From Eledone cirrhosa (lineage: Eukaryota): 64,000 nucleotides of DNA. The stretch spans positions 22,382,001 to 22,446,000 of the forward strand of contig OZ024745.1 of assembly GCA_964016885.1 (NCBI GenBank), read 5' to 3'. Below the pieces are notes generated by a model. The model saw only the letters and a program-made list of their open reading frames with translations. It did not search any database and was not told the origin of the DNA. This document shows positions 44,093 through 54,619 of the stretch, one piece after another; positions within the stretch are counted from its first letter, which is position 1, and every line of letters begins with the position of its first letter. Both the position numbers and the translations under genes were made by a program.

Positions 44093-45164
44093 ATAATATA
44101 AGATCAAAAGATGGTTAAAGGAGTTCCATATATTTTATTATGCGCATTTCAAAAACAAACATCATCATGCAATAATATTTGTGTTTTCATCAGATAAAAT
44201 AGGAGAACATGATATGAAGGCTAAAAAACACTTGTGGATAGTGCAGTTTTAAATCAACATATGAAAAGTGGTTTTAGATTGATGTGTGATATTGGGAAAA
44301 ATATTTTATTTAGAGAAGGGGGGAAAGGATGAAAAGGGAAGGAGATGAGAGGGAGAGATGGGTGATAGAGAGAAAGAGATAGTTTTTATAACTGAGAGGA
44401 GATATATTTTTTACATAGAGAGGTTGAAAACCGTTGGAAGATACTGTATAAATTAAAAATTTTGAAAATTAACGAAGGGAGGATATGTGCGAGGAAAAAA
44501 TATTTTATTTAGGGAGGGGGGGGTGGAAAGGATGAAAGAAAGGGGGAGGAGATGAGAGTGAAGGTGGAGAGAGAGAGATGGGTGATAGAGAGAAAGAGAT
44601 AGTTTTTATAACTGAGAAAAAAATATATATTGTTTTAATATAGAGAGGTTGGGAACCGTTGGAAGATAATGTATAAATTAAAGGAATTTGAAAATTAACG
44701 AAGGGAAATTATGTATGAAGATAGAGAGAAAAAAATAATAATTGTGGGTGAATATTCTAACGTCAAAAAAAGAAATGTATGTATTGTGGCAATTTCAAAA
44801 TTAGCGAAGAGAAAAATTGTTAAGGTTTGTGTGTAGAAGGATTTGAGAAAAATAATGTGAGTTAAAGTTTGTATATTGATTGAATTGATAATATGTGCGA
44901 ATAAAGAGTTAATATGTATTAATAATGAGTTCGTTGATGGGGAGAAAAAAAAAATAATAATAAATTAAGGATGAAATTGAGATTTAAAAGATTTATGATA
45001 GAGAGAAAAAATAATAATGATTGCGGATGAATATTCTAATGACAAAACAAATGTTATGATTTTACAAGAAGATAGAATGAGGGTAATGAGTAAACGAGTA
45101 TTATAGAGTGTATAATGTCCTTTAACGTAAGGTAGATGGGTATATTTTAAAGAGGTGTATGTAT
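44093..45164 (-). repeat. 5' pseudo-LTR
   Basis: direct repeat at offset 3684. Confidence 0.92.
44133..44199 (-). ncRNA. Minimal HHR, 5' pLTR copy
   Basis: ttttat-CTGATGA-aaac...ttt-GAAA-tgcgca-TA-ataaaa; predicted cut between 44139 and 44138. Confidence 0.82.
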
Positions 45165-45173
45165 TTTTTTTTT

Positions 45174-46124
45174 TTTTTTTTTCTCCCCATCAACGAACTC
45201 ATTATTAATACATATTAACTCTTTATTCGCACATATTATCAATTCAATCAATATACAAACTTTAACTTCACATTATTTTTTTCTCAAATTCTTCTACACA
45301 CAAACCTTAACAATTTTTCTCTTCGCTAATTTTGAAATTGCCACAATACATACATTTCTTTTTTTGACGTTAGAATATTCACCCACAATTATTATTTTTT
45401 TCTCTCTATCTTCATACATAATTTCCCTTCGTTAATTTTCAAATTCCTTTAATTTATACATTATCTTCCAACGGTTCCCAACCTCTCTATATTAAAACAA
45501 TATATATTTTTTTCTCAGTTATAAAAACTATCTCTTTCTCTCTATCACCCATCTCTCCCTCTCCACCTTCACTCTCATCTCCTCCCCCTTTCTTTCATCC
45601 TTTCCATCCCCCCTCCCTAAATAAAATATTTTTTCCTCGCACATATCCTCCCTTCGTTAATTTTCAAAATTTTTAATTTATACAGTATCTTCCAACGGTT
45701 TTCAACCTCTCTATGTAAAAAATATATCTCCTCTCAGTTATAAAAACTATCTCTTTCTCTCTATCACCCATCTCTCCCTCTCATCTCCTTCCCTTTTCAT
45801 CCTTCCCCCCCCCCCCCTCTCTAAATAAAATATTTTTCCCAATATCACACATCAATCTAAAACCACTTTTCATATGTTGATTTAAAACTGACCTATCCAC
45901 AAGTGTTTTTTAGCCTCCATATCATGTTCTCCTATTTTATCTGATGAAAACACAAATATTATTGCATGATGATGTTTGTTTTTGAAATGCGCATAATAAA
46001 ATATATAGAACTCCTTTAACCATCTTTTGATCTTATATTATGCATACTCCAGTCCCACAAACTGTAGAGTGCTTCTTATCCGATATCTGCATTGCTTTAT
46101 TGTACTACAATAAAACTCACCTCC

Positions 46125-46129
<5 letters not shown>
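45174..46129 (+). repeat. Inverted pLTR with 88-nt extension
   Basis: reverse complement of 44005-44953. Confidence 0.92.
45935..46001 (+). ncRNA. Minimal HHR, inverted pLTR copy
   Basis: CTGATGA 45941-45947, GAAA 45984-45987, tgcgca, TA, ataaaa. Confidence 0.82.
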
Positions 46130-46217
<88 letters not shown>

Positions 46218-46220
<3 letters not shown>

Positions 46221-46680
46221 AATGTTATATTTAATTTGTTGGGATACAACAAGCAAAATATTTTTATAACTGATGTGAAGCACTCAACAAATTATTGGAG
46301 TAAATATACGATATATTAACAAATGGAAACTATATTTATAAAACCATATTTATTTCATTATACATATTTCAAGGGCCACCAAGGCAAACTATGGTGCGCT
46401 TTCATCAGATAAATCTAATATAGGTTAGTTTTATAAATAAATATTGACATACCCTGAAAAAATGCAACCATTCTGGTTGGAATCTCCTGGATATCCAGGA
46501 GATTCTAACCAGAATGGTTGCATTTTTTCAGGGTATGTCAATATTTATTTATAAAACTAACCTATATTATATTTTATCTGATGAAAGCGCACCATAGTTT
46601 CCCTTGGTGGCCCTTGAAATATGTATAATGAAATAAATATGGTTTTATAAATATAGTTTCCATTTGTTAATATATTGTAT
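46218..46680. mobile_element. Fold-back PLE insertion with two HHRs (plus copy 46572-46633)
   Basis: spacer-less palindrome centred at 46492/46493; same family and termini as 30992-31430. Confidence 0.85.
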
Positions 46681-47151
46681 ACATATATATATTTCTACTA
46701 CCACTATTCTATCAACTTGACATCTACCTCTAACGACTTTTCTATTGGTCAATTCAAAACCTGTTCCCAAACAGACTTTTTATATTAAATCTTTGTTGTT
46801 TTTTTTTCAATAAACAAATCTCATTATTTCTGAAGACAGCATGTATACGTGAAGGTATGTATATTTCCTCTGATAATTTGTAATATTTTTACATAGATCT
46901 ATATCATATACATACCAACACCCATATACATCCTAGAAACGATCGTAAAATGATGAATTTTTTAATATAAGGAACTTGTTCTTTGTTTTTATTTCATTGT
47001 TTTACCAGTAATGTACTGGGTAATTGCTGGGCTTGTGCCTAAAGTAGAAACAATTTATCTTGACTTTTGAATGCATCTTCTCTTTTCTTAATTGGATTAC
47101 AATGAGTTCTTCATACGGATTGGACACTCCCTATATTTTGGTAGATTTATC

Positions 47152-47207
<56 letters not shown>

Positions 47208-47237
47208 AGTGTATGTGTGTGTGTTTGTGTGTATATT

Positions 47238-47268
<31 letters not shown>

Positions 47269-47297
47269 ACATATGTATATATATTTATATATATATT

Positions 47298-47341
<44 letters not shown>

Positions 47342-47609
47342 ACACACACACATACACACACACACATATATCTATTTATATATTTCAAAGATATATTATA
47401 TTAGAATATATTATATGTATACATGTGAATTTGCATATATCCATACGTACATACATAGTAGAAGGGATATTTAATTTGTAGGAAATTCGACAAATATAAA
47501 TGTTTATAACTGAGTCAGAGCACTCGACAAGTTTCTGGAGTAAATATTCAATGATATTAAATAAATGGAAATTATATTTATAAAACCATATTTATTCTAT
47601 TATATATAG

Positions 47610-47864
47610 AAGAATCCACCTAACAACAAACTATTAACTGAATTTGAAAATGAAGTAATATCTGCTATACAAAACATTAAATTCAAGAAAAACCAATTTA
47701 AAGGCCAGGAATACCTTAAAGGCCTCAAGAATAATATAGACAATCTTGAAAAAACTAAGAAGATCCTCGTAATATCTGGTAAAACTAATAATCTATACTG
47801 AATGCAAAAGGACGAATATAATAACTTTAGATTGAAAGAACTAAGAAAAAACTACATTTCAACC
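47610..47864 (+). pseudogene. N-terminal fragment of a related PLE ORF (absent from the ORF track)
   Basis: KNPPNNKLLTEFENE..IKFKKNQFKGQEYL..SGKTNNLY*..LKELRKNY aligns to RNPPSNKNLVQFEEE..LKFKRYPYKGQEHL..SDKTNNLY..LRELRKKY. Confidence 0.85.
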
Positions 47865-48220
47865 AGGTTTGATGGTCTTTATTCTCTCTCGTTCACGATT
47901 TCACCGAACTTATATTCATGGAAATTTGGGACTTGACTCGTTCTCCTCACTTTTCGTTACTTCACCATCTTTGTTTATTTACACTCTCGCTGTTCCCTTT
48001 ATTTACGTGTCCCAACGACTTTCTTTAGCCGTTGCTCGCACCAACCGGAGGTATATGGTCTTTAAAGCGAAGGAATACCGATGATGGTTGGAAGATCACT
48101 GATGAAGGACCACTTTATTCATATATATATATACACACATACACACACACATATATACATATATATATACATATACACACATACACACATACATACATAT
48201 ACATACATACACACATATAT

Positions 48221-48297
<77 letters not shown>

Positions 48298-48307
48298 ATA
48301 TACATAC

Positions 48308-48338
<31 letters not shown>

Positions 48339-48450
48339 CACATACACAGACATACACACATATGTACATATATATACACATACATACACACATATACATA
48401 CACACACATACACATATATACACATAAACACATTCATACACATACATATA

Positions 48451-49236
48451 TCCTAGATTAGAGAAGAACGAGCTTAAGTTTCTCCGAAACCCATCGGCGG
48501 TTCTGGGGTTAACCTTGTGCAGGGCGAAGAGGCCGTCGTCTCGGTATAAACCAACGGTTAGGCCGGTAAAGAGGTTCTTCAGGTGATGTAAAATGTACAA
48601 GCCCACAAGGTCGCTAATTTCAGCCGAGTCACTCGCTCCCATGCTAACGTCAAATGGGGTCTGAGATTTCTTGTTGATCCAGTAAGATCCATCGTGGTAT
48701 AGAAAGGTCTTACGGGCGTGGAGGATAACAACTTGCTCAGCTTCAGTAATTATGGTAAAATTCCTGGCAAAGGTAATTGCGTCTTTCAGGTGGGGCTCCG
48801 AGATAGAAGCATAGTAGTTTTCTATGTCGAGTTGCAGGAAGCGAGTGTGGCGTTTGTCGGGTAATTCTTGGAACCAGGATATTGCCTCAGATGTTCTGCT
48901 CCAGAGTGGGAGTGGTGAGGCAACCCGCAATGATGGTAGAACTCTATCTAGGATCTTCTTACTGATAGAACCGATGTCTGAAGGAGTGGGGTTGATTAGT
49001 CTGACTGATGGTTTGTTGAGGAAGTTTCTCTTATGGTCCTTCAGGGTAAAGTGCGGGGTCTTTACCCTTAAAGGTTCGGTTCGGTCATGTAATTTAAGGG
49101 ACTTGGCAATTTCTTTTCCGGCCGCGTTTGTCCCAGTCAATGCCATCTCTATTACCTTTTTGTAGGTGGTCGTGATGGCATTTTTTGCCAGCTTATTGTA
49201 GGTCTGTGGGTCTACCTCATAAACGTTTTTGGTTTT
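48451..49236 (-). pseudogene. Stop-free RT-core fragment of another Hydra-like PLE family
   Basis: KTKNVYE..LKDHK..VRLINP..LDIENYYASI..FDVSMGASDSAE..GLYRDDGL; truncated at both ends. Confidence 0.9.
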
Positions 49237-49403
49237 TGTTACTTTAAATATTTTTGTTACTCTAAATATAAATTATAGCTTTAAAGAATTAGCTTTTAAT
49301 GAATTCCCTTTTCTATCAACCAATGACCTCTACCCATCTCACTCCCTACCCTCTCCTACCACCTGAAGAGACCTATAAATATCATATTTATTTTTTGATA
49401 CCC

Positions 49404-49454
49404 AGATTCCTGATGATTTCTAAAGAATGAAACAGTTCTAGTCTTGTAGAATCT
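49404..49454 (+). ncRNA. Type I HHR
   Basis: agattc-CTGATGA-tttctaaagaat-GAAA-cagttctagtcttg-TA-gaatct. Confidence 0.75.
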
Positions 49455-49466
49455 CATCTATATTAA

Positions 49467-49530
<64 letters not shown>

Positions 49531-49536
<6 letters not shown>

Positions 49537-49659
49537 CCGTCGAAACGGGTTGAGCTCTGCCGTCGGGGTTAAACATTTTCCTATTACCCACTCTACTACC
49601 CTGGGTATTGAGTACAATGGTGCATTATGGTCCATCTGATTCCTTACCACACTTCCTTC

Positions 49660-49699
<40 letters not shown>

Positions 49700-49822
49700 C
49701 CGTCGAAACGGGTTGAGCTCTGCCGTCGGGGTTAAACATTTTCCTATTACCCACTCTACTACCCTGGGTATTGAGTACAATGGTGCATTATGGTCCATCT
49801 GATTCCTTACCACACTTCCTTC

Positions 49823-49826
<4 letters not shown>
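49531..49826 (+). repeat. Two identical 133-bp PLE end fragments separated by (TA)n
   Basis: 49531-49663 = 49694-49826; carry HHR 3' half GAAA-cgg..ccg-TC; relatives at 19540-19591, 33130-33188 and 52357-52555. Confidence 0.85.
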
Positions 49827-49883
<57 letters not shown>

Positions 49884-50071
49884 GGTTTGTTAGTTCACGA
49901 CTGGATAGAACTGGTCATTCCGTATGGTCAATCTCGATGTAATATTATGGAGAGCACTCAACGTAATGCAACTCACCCGTATTCGTTTGTGTAGTTGGTG
50001 GTGCGAGTACGGATTTAAGTATTATAAAATAACAGGCGGCTGAACTGGTGTAAATCCTTGAAAGGTTTATT

Positions 50072-50129
50072 ATACTATGATCATTTCAATGACCGGGTTC
50101 AGTATAAATCCGGTGACATCATCAGGTAT
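50072..50129 (-). ncRNA. Minimal HHR
   Basis: atac-CTGATGA-tgtcaccgg...ccggtcatt-GAAA-tgatca-TA-gtat. Confidence 0.65.
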
Positions 50130-50438
50130 TCAAAATATAACAAAGGAATATAACAGATAAAATCCATGGGGCTGAAAATCAGAGACAAGAGGACGACCGA
50201 CTATTTAGCAGCTTCAACCTTAGTCGGCTTCTACAGGACTAGAACTGCTTCATTCCGGAGAAATCATCATCCAGCTCTCTTTCACTCTTACAGGCTTTCT
50301 TTCTCTCCCTCACCCTCTCTCTCTCTATCTATCTATCTATCTATCTCTCACTCTCTCTAACTTCTCTTTGATCAACCTATTGTTCTCTGCCATTCTGGCC
50401 TCAGAAGAAACAACGTTGATCTTCCCTAAATGGCATAA

Positions 50439-50491
<53 letters not shown>

Positions 50492-50496
50492 GTGCA

Positions 50497-50745
50497 TATA
50501 GTGGTAGAACACTGGAAGGTAATATCCGTAGTGGTAGAGCACTCACTCCATGGGACGAGGTAGGTACAAGTGTTCATACAACAATTAGTTCACCATACCG
50601 AAAACAATTGTTTCACCTTAGCGGATCCTCAGCTCGTAATGGACATGGTTATACGGATAACCATGTCTGTTACGAGCTGACGATCCGCTAAGGTGAAACA
50701 ATTGTTCTCGGTATGGTGAACTAACTTTTGTGTAACCACTTCTAT
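50497..50745. mobile_element. Fold-back PLE insertion with two HHRs (50599-50636 minus, 50673-50710 plus)
   Basis: cgag-CTGA(C/G)GA-tccgctaaggt-GAAA-caattg-TT-ctcg. Confidence 0.85.
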
Positions 50746-50766
50746 AATGTATATATATATATATGC

Positions 50767-50851
<85 letters not shown>

Positions 50852-50864
50852 GAGAGAGAGAGAG

Positions 50865-50918
<54 letters not shown>

Positions 50919-50920
50919 TA

Positions 50921-51355
50921 TGACCACAGATTAATATGGTTCATTGATTACTCAATGAATATAGTTTTGCAATATATTAAAAGCACTCTACAAAGAAGTT
51001 TTCTGGAGTTATCAATATTATTCAAAATATTAATAAATGAATACATTCACATAATCAAAATATATGTTTTATTATATATATTTCGAAGGTACTGTCGTGT
51101 TTATTCAGTACGACCTCGTCAGATAAAATACATGAATTGATGTATAACATACCTCAACGGTCTTGATGGTTCAATTCCAGTATTGGCAGTCAATACTGGA
51201 ATTGAACCATCAAGACCGTTGAGGTATGTTATACATCAATTCATGTATTTTATCTGATGAGGACGTACTGAATAAACACGACAGTACCTTCGAAATATAT
51301 ATAATAAAACATATATTTTGATTATGTGAATGTATTCATTTATTAATATTTTGAA

Positions 51356-51362
<7 letters not shown>
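50921..51362. mobile_element. Fold-back PLE insertion with two HHRs (51067-51128 minus, 51248-51309 plus)
   Basis: ~350-bp palindrome plus tail; ttttat-CTGA(T/C)GA-gg..gtactg..cagtac-cttc-GAAA-tatata-TA-ataaaa. Confidence 0.85.
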
Positions 51363-51398
<36 letters not shown>

Positions 51399-51415
51399 GG
51401 GATATATATATATAC

Positions 51416-51973
51416 GGGATAACAAATTATTGTTATAGGTAGTCCACTTAGATGTAGTCCAGTTAGGGTACTCCGAGTAGTGGATAGTACTAACGCTTGG
51501 CTAAGTTTGACGCAACAAGACGTTTCCATAGTGATGCTGCGAGTACGCGGTGATTTCTATGGAGTAATAATAAATGGTGATTTCTATGGAGTAATAATAA
51601 ATCAAGAAAGAAGAGTGACACGGTTTGCTATACAATAAAGGCTTTATTCACATTGCTGACAATTGTTTCTCTGAACTGGTAGGTCTAGAGATCGCTACCC
51701 GCCTATTTTTGCGTTAATCGATCACCAATACTTTGTTATAACCAATCTATTCATCAGAGCATGCTCTGATAACCAGTCTATTCATATAACCAATCTATTC
51801 ATCAGAGCATGCTCTGATAAATAGACTGGTTATAACAAAGTATTGGTGATCGATTGACGCAAAAACAGGCGGGTAGCGATATCTAGACCTACCAGTTCAG
51901 AGAAACAATTGTCAGCAATGTGAATAAAGCCCTTATTGTATAGCAAACCATGTCACTCTTCTTTTTTGATTTA
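51416..51973. mobile_element. Fold-back PLE insertion with large-stem-II HHRs (51654-51761 minus, 51810-51917 plus)
   Basis: palindrome 51598-51973; tgct-CTGATGA-81 nt-GAAA-caattg-TC-agca. Confidence 0.7.
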
Positions 51974-51975
51974 TA

Positions 51976-52007
<32 letters not shown>

Positions 52008-52011
<4 letters not shown>

Positions 52012-52296
52012 TGAAGCAATTCCGTCGGAAAGGTACAGGAAAAAAAGTGCTCTATGTAGGCTACAGAGCTTATTAGTTATGTAATAAACAACATAATTAT
52101 TTCATTTACCAGTGGTTTCTTGAAAGCAGATATATCTGTTTTCAGTAGTCAGAATGAATAAAACATGGTGTTTTTATTATCCATAATATAAACACCATAT
52201 TTTATTCATTCTGACGACTGAAAACAGATATATCTGCTTTCAAGAAACCACTGGTAAATGAAATAATTATCTTATGTTGTTTATTACATAACTAAA

Positions 52297-52301
<5 letters not shown>
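52008..52301. mobile_element. Fold-back PLE insertion with HHR (52205-52262, +)
   Basis: ttcatt-CTGACGA-ctgaaaacagatatatctgctttcaa-GAAA-ccactgg-TA-aatgaa; minus copy has the core mutated to CTGACTA. Confidence 0.82.
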
Positions 52302-52356
<55 letters not shown>

Positions 52357-52357
<1 letters not shown>

Positions 52358-52554
52358 CAACAAGTATGACCCCGCCGGCAGAGCTCAAGCCGTTTCAATG
52401 GCTATTTCTGGACAAAAATAGCCGTCCAGAAATAGCTGTCGAAACGCCTTGAGCTCTGCCGTCGGGGTCATACTTGTTGCTATTACCCACTCTACTAGTA
52501 TTGAGTACTTTGGTGCGTTGTGGCCCTTCTGGTTCCTTACCACAATTCCTTCGT

Positions 52555-52555
<1 letters not shown>
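52357..52555. mobile_element. Fold-back PLE end fragment (49531 family)
   Basis: inverted arms each with GAAACG..gagctctgccg..gggg; TA flanks. Confidence 0.8.
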
Positions 52556-52591
<36 letters not shown>

Positions 52592-53160
52592 GTATATATA
52601 AGGAGAGGGAGAGAGTGAGAGAGGGAGTGAGAGAGAGAGAGAGAGAGGGAGAGACATACGTTGATAGAAAGAAAGATAGATAGATAGATATTTATATGAC
52701 TATATATGTAAATATGTGTGTTGCATATTATATATAGATATAACACACACACACACAGACTCGCACACACACACATACACACACTCACACATACACACAC
52801 TCACACCCATACACACACACACACACACACACTCACACACATGTATATTCTTTGTATTATTTATATCTCTTTTATTATATTTCTAGTGTTTTCTTTTACT
52901 TTTTCAATTCAGCGTCAAAAATATTGTGATATTAGTATTATTAGTTGTAGTGGTATCTTTACTATTGTTGTTGTTGCTGCTTTTGTTGTTGTGGTGGTGG
53001 TGGTGGTGGTGGTGGTGGCGCTACTAGCGGCCGTAATGGTATTGTTGTAGAATATATGCAGCTTCATATGCAAGTGAGAATAATCTCCTCATTTACACAG
53101 ACGAGAAAACTATATATTCTCGCCTGTCTTCTAGTCCAGCAGTCGGAAGCGGTGGGAGGG

Positions 53161-53204
53161 GCCGTCCTGACGATGGCCAGTTAAGCCTGAAATTCACAGA
53201 CGGT
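53161..53204 (+). ncRNA. Degenerate HHR
   Basis: gccgtc-CTGACGA-tggc cagttaa gcct-GAAA-ttca-CA-gacggt; cleavage-site U replaced. Confidence 0.5.
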
Positions 53205-53304
53205 TGTCGCCCTTGCTTCTGCTGGACATCACCAGTGGGCGTTAGCCCCCCTGTGTTTGCATAGCTACGGCTTCCTAAAACCGTATTTCTTTGGAGATAC
53301 GAAA

Positions 53305-53385
<81 letters not shown>

Positions 53386-53390
<5 letters not shown>

Positions 53391-53573
53391 TGAGATTCTA
53401 CAGGACTAGAACTGTTTCATTCTTTAGAAATCATCAGGAATCTCTGATGATTTCTAAAGAATGAAACAGTTCTAGTCCTGTAGAATCTCATCTATATTAA
53501 AACTTTTATACTCTGCAATGTATTGAGTACCTTACTTACTGTGGTTACCTCCGATTCAACCCGGAATAACGTA

Positions 53574-53576
<3 letters not shown>
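53386..53576. mobile_element. Fold-back PLE insertion with intact HHR (53393-53443, minus)
   Basis: same family as 49404; palindrome 53386-53495 plus tail. Confidence 0.82.
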
Positions 53577-53635
<59 letters not shown>

Positions 53636-54002
53636 CGTATGTAAATATATGCGAACATACGAAAATATTACTTTCAAAGTAAAACTGGTTCATAAATATA
53701 AGCAAATGCACACACATATATGTATGTATATATGTATGTATATATGTGTGTATGTATGTGTGTGTGTATGTATATATGTATGTATATATGTGTGTATGTA
53801 TATATGTATATATGTGTGTATGTATATATGTATATATATATAACGGTGGTGTCTCTGTATGGCCACACCTCGTGGGTTGGAACAAGTAAACGAGTAAAGG
53901 TAACTATATTTGTATATACGTACATGTATTAATATATATATATACATATACAGTTAGTGTATGTATACATGTATACTCATATATATGTAGATTATGCACA
54001 TC

Positions 54003-54049
<47 letters not shown>

Positions 54050-54156
54050 TATGCACATTCACACACACACACACACACTTATATATATTATATATATATA
54101 TATAATATATATATATAATGTATATAATATATATATAATATATATATAATGTATAT

Positions 54157-54232
<76 letters not shown>

Positions 54233-54619
54233 GTATATCATATACACACACATACATACATACATATTTATATGTATATATAACGCAAATACACACATTT
54301 GAATGCCAATGAAGGTAGATTAAAGGAAGCGGTAAATGTTTCTAGTAAAAGGCTAATGTCCACCAGTTATTGGCACACCTGGTGTAGACACCTGTGTGGT
54401 TAGTGCTTTCCCAACTCCTTTGTAGTTTGCTGGGAGTAAAAAGCTATTATGAGGTCATAAATGCTACCGTAGGTTTGTCGAATAAATTACTCAAGTAGCA
54501 TAGAATGGCAGTTAGACTGACGGCGGACAGACTGACAGACAGGCGAACAGACAGGCGGGCGGGGAGGGGAGGGGGACTATAATGGCGGAGGCGGCGACAG
54601 CACTGATAGAGATGGCAGT

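Larger units (their letters stand above)
40409..46129 (-). mobile_element. Apparently intact Penelope-like retroelement (Hydra-clade-like): inverted pLTR + pLTR + ORF + pLTR
   Basis: direct repeats 40409-41479 and 44093-45164; 44005-44953 inverted at ~45174-46129; (TA)n on both sides; uninterrupted RT-EN ORF. Confidence 0.95.

Noticed and set aside
47799-47801. In-frame TGA in a PLE fragment as possible selenocysteine (known in some Naiad PLEs)
   Set aside because: It aligns to Gly, not Cys, in the intact homologue; the fragment is truncated and no SECIS is evident, so a nonsense mutation is more likely
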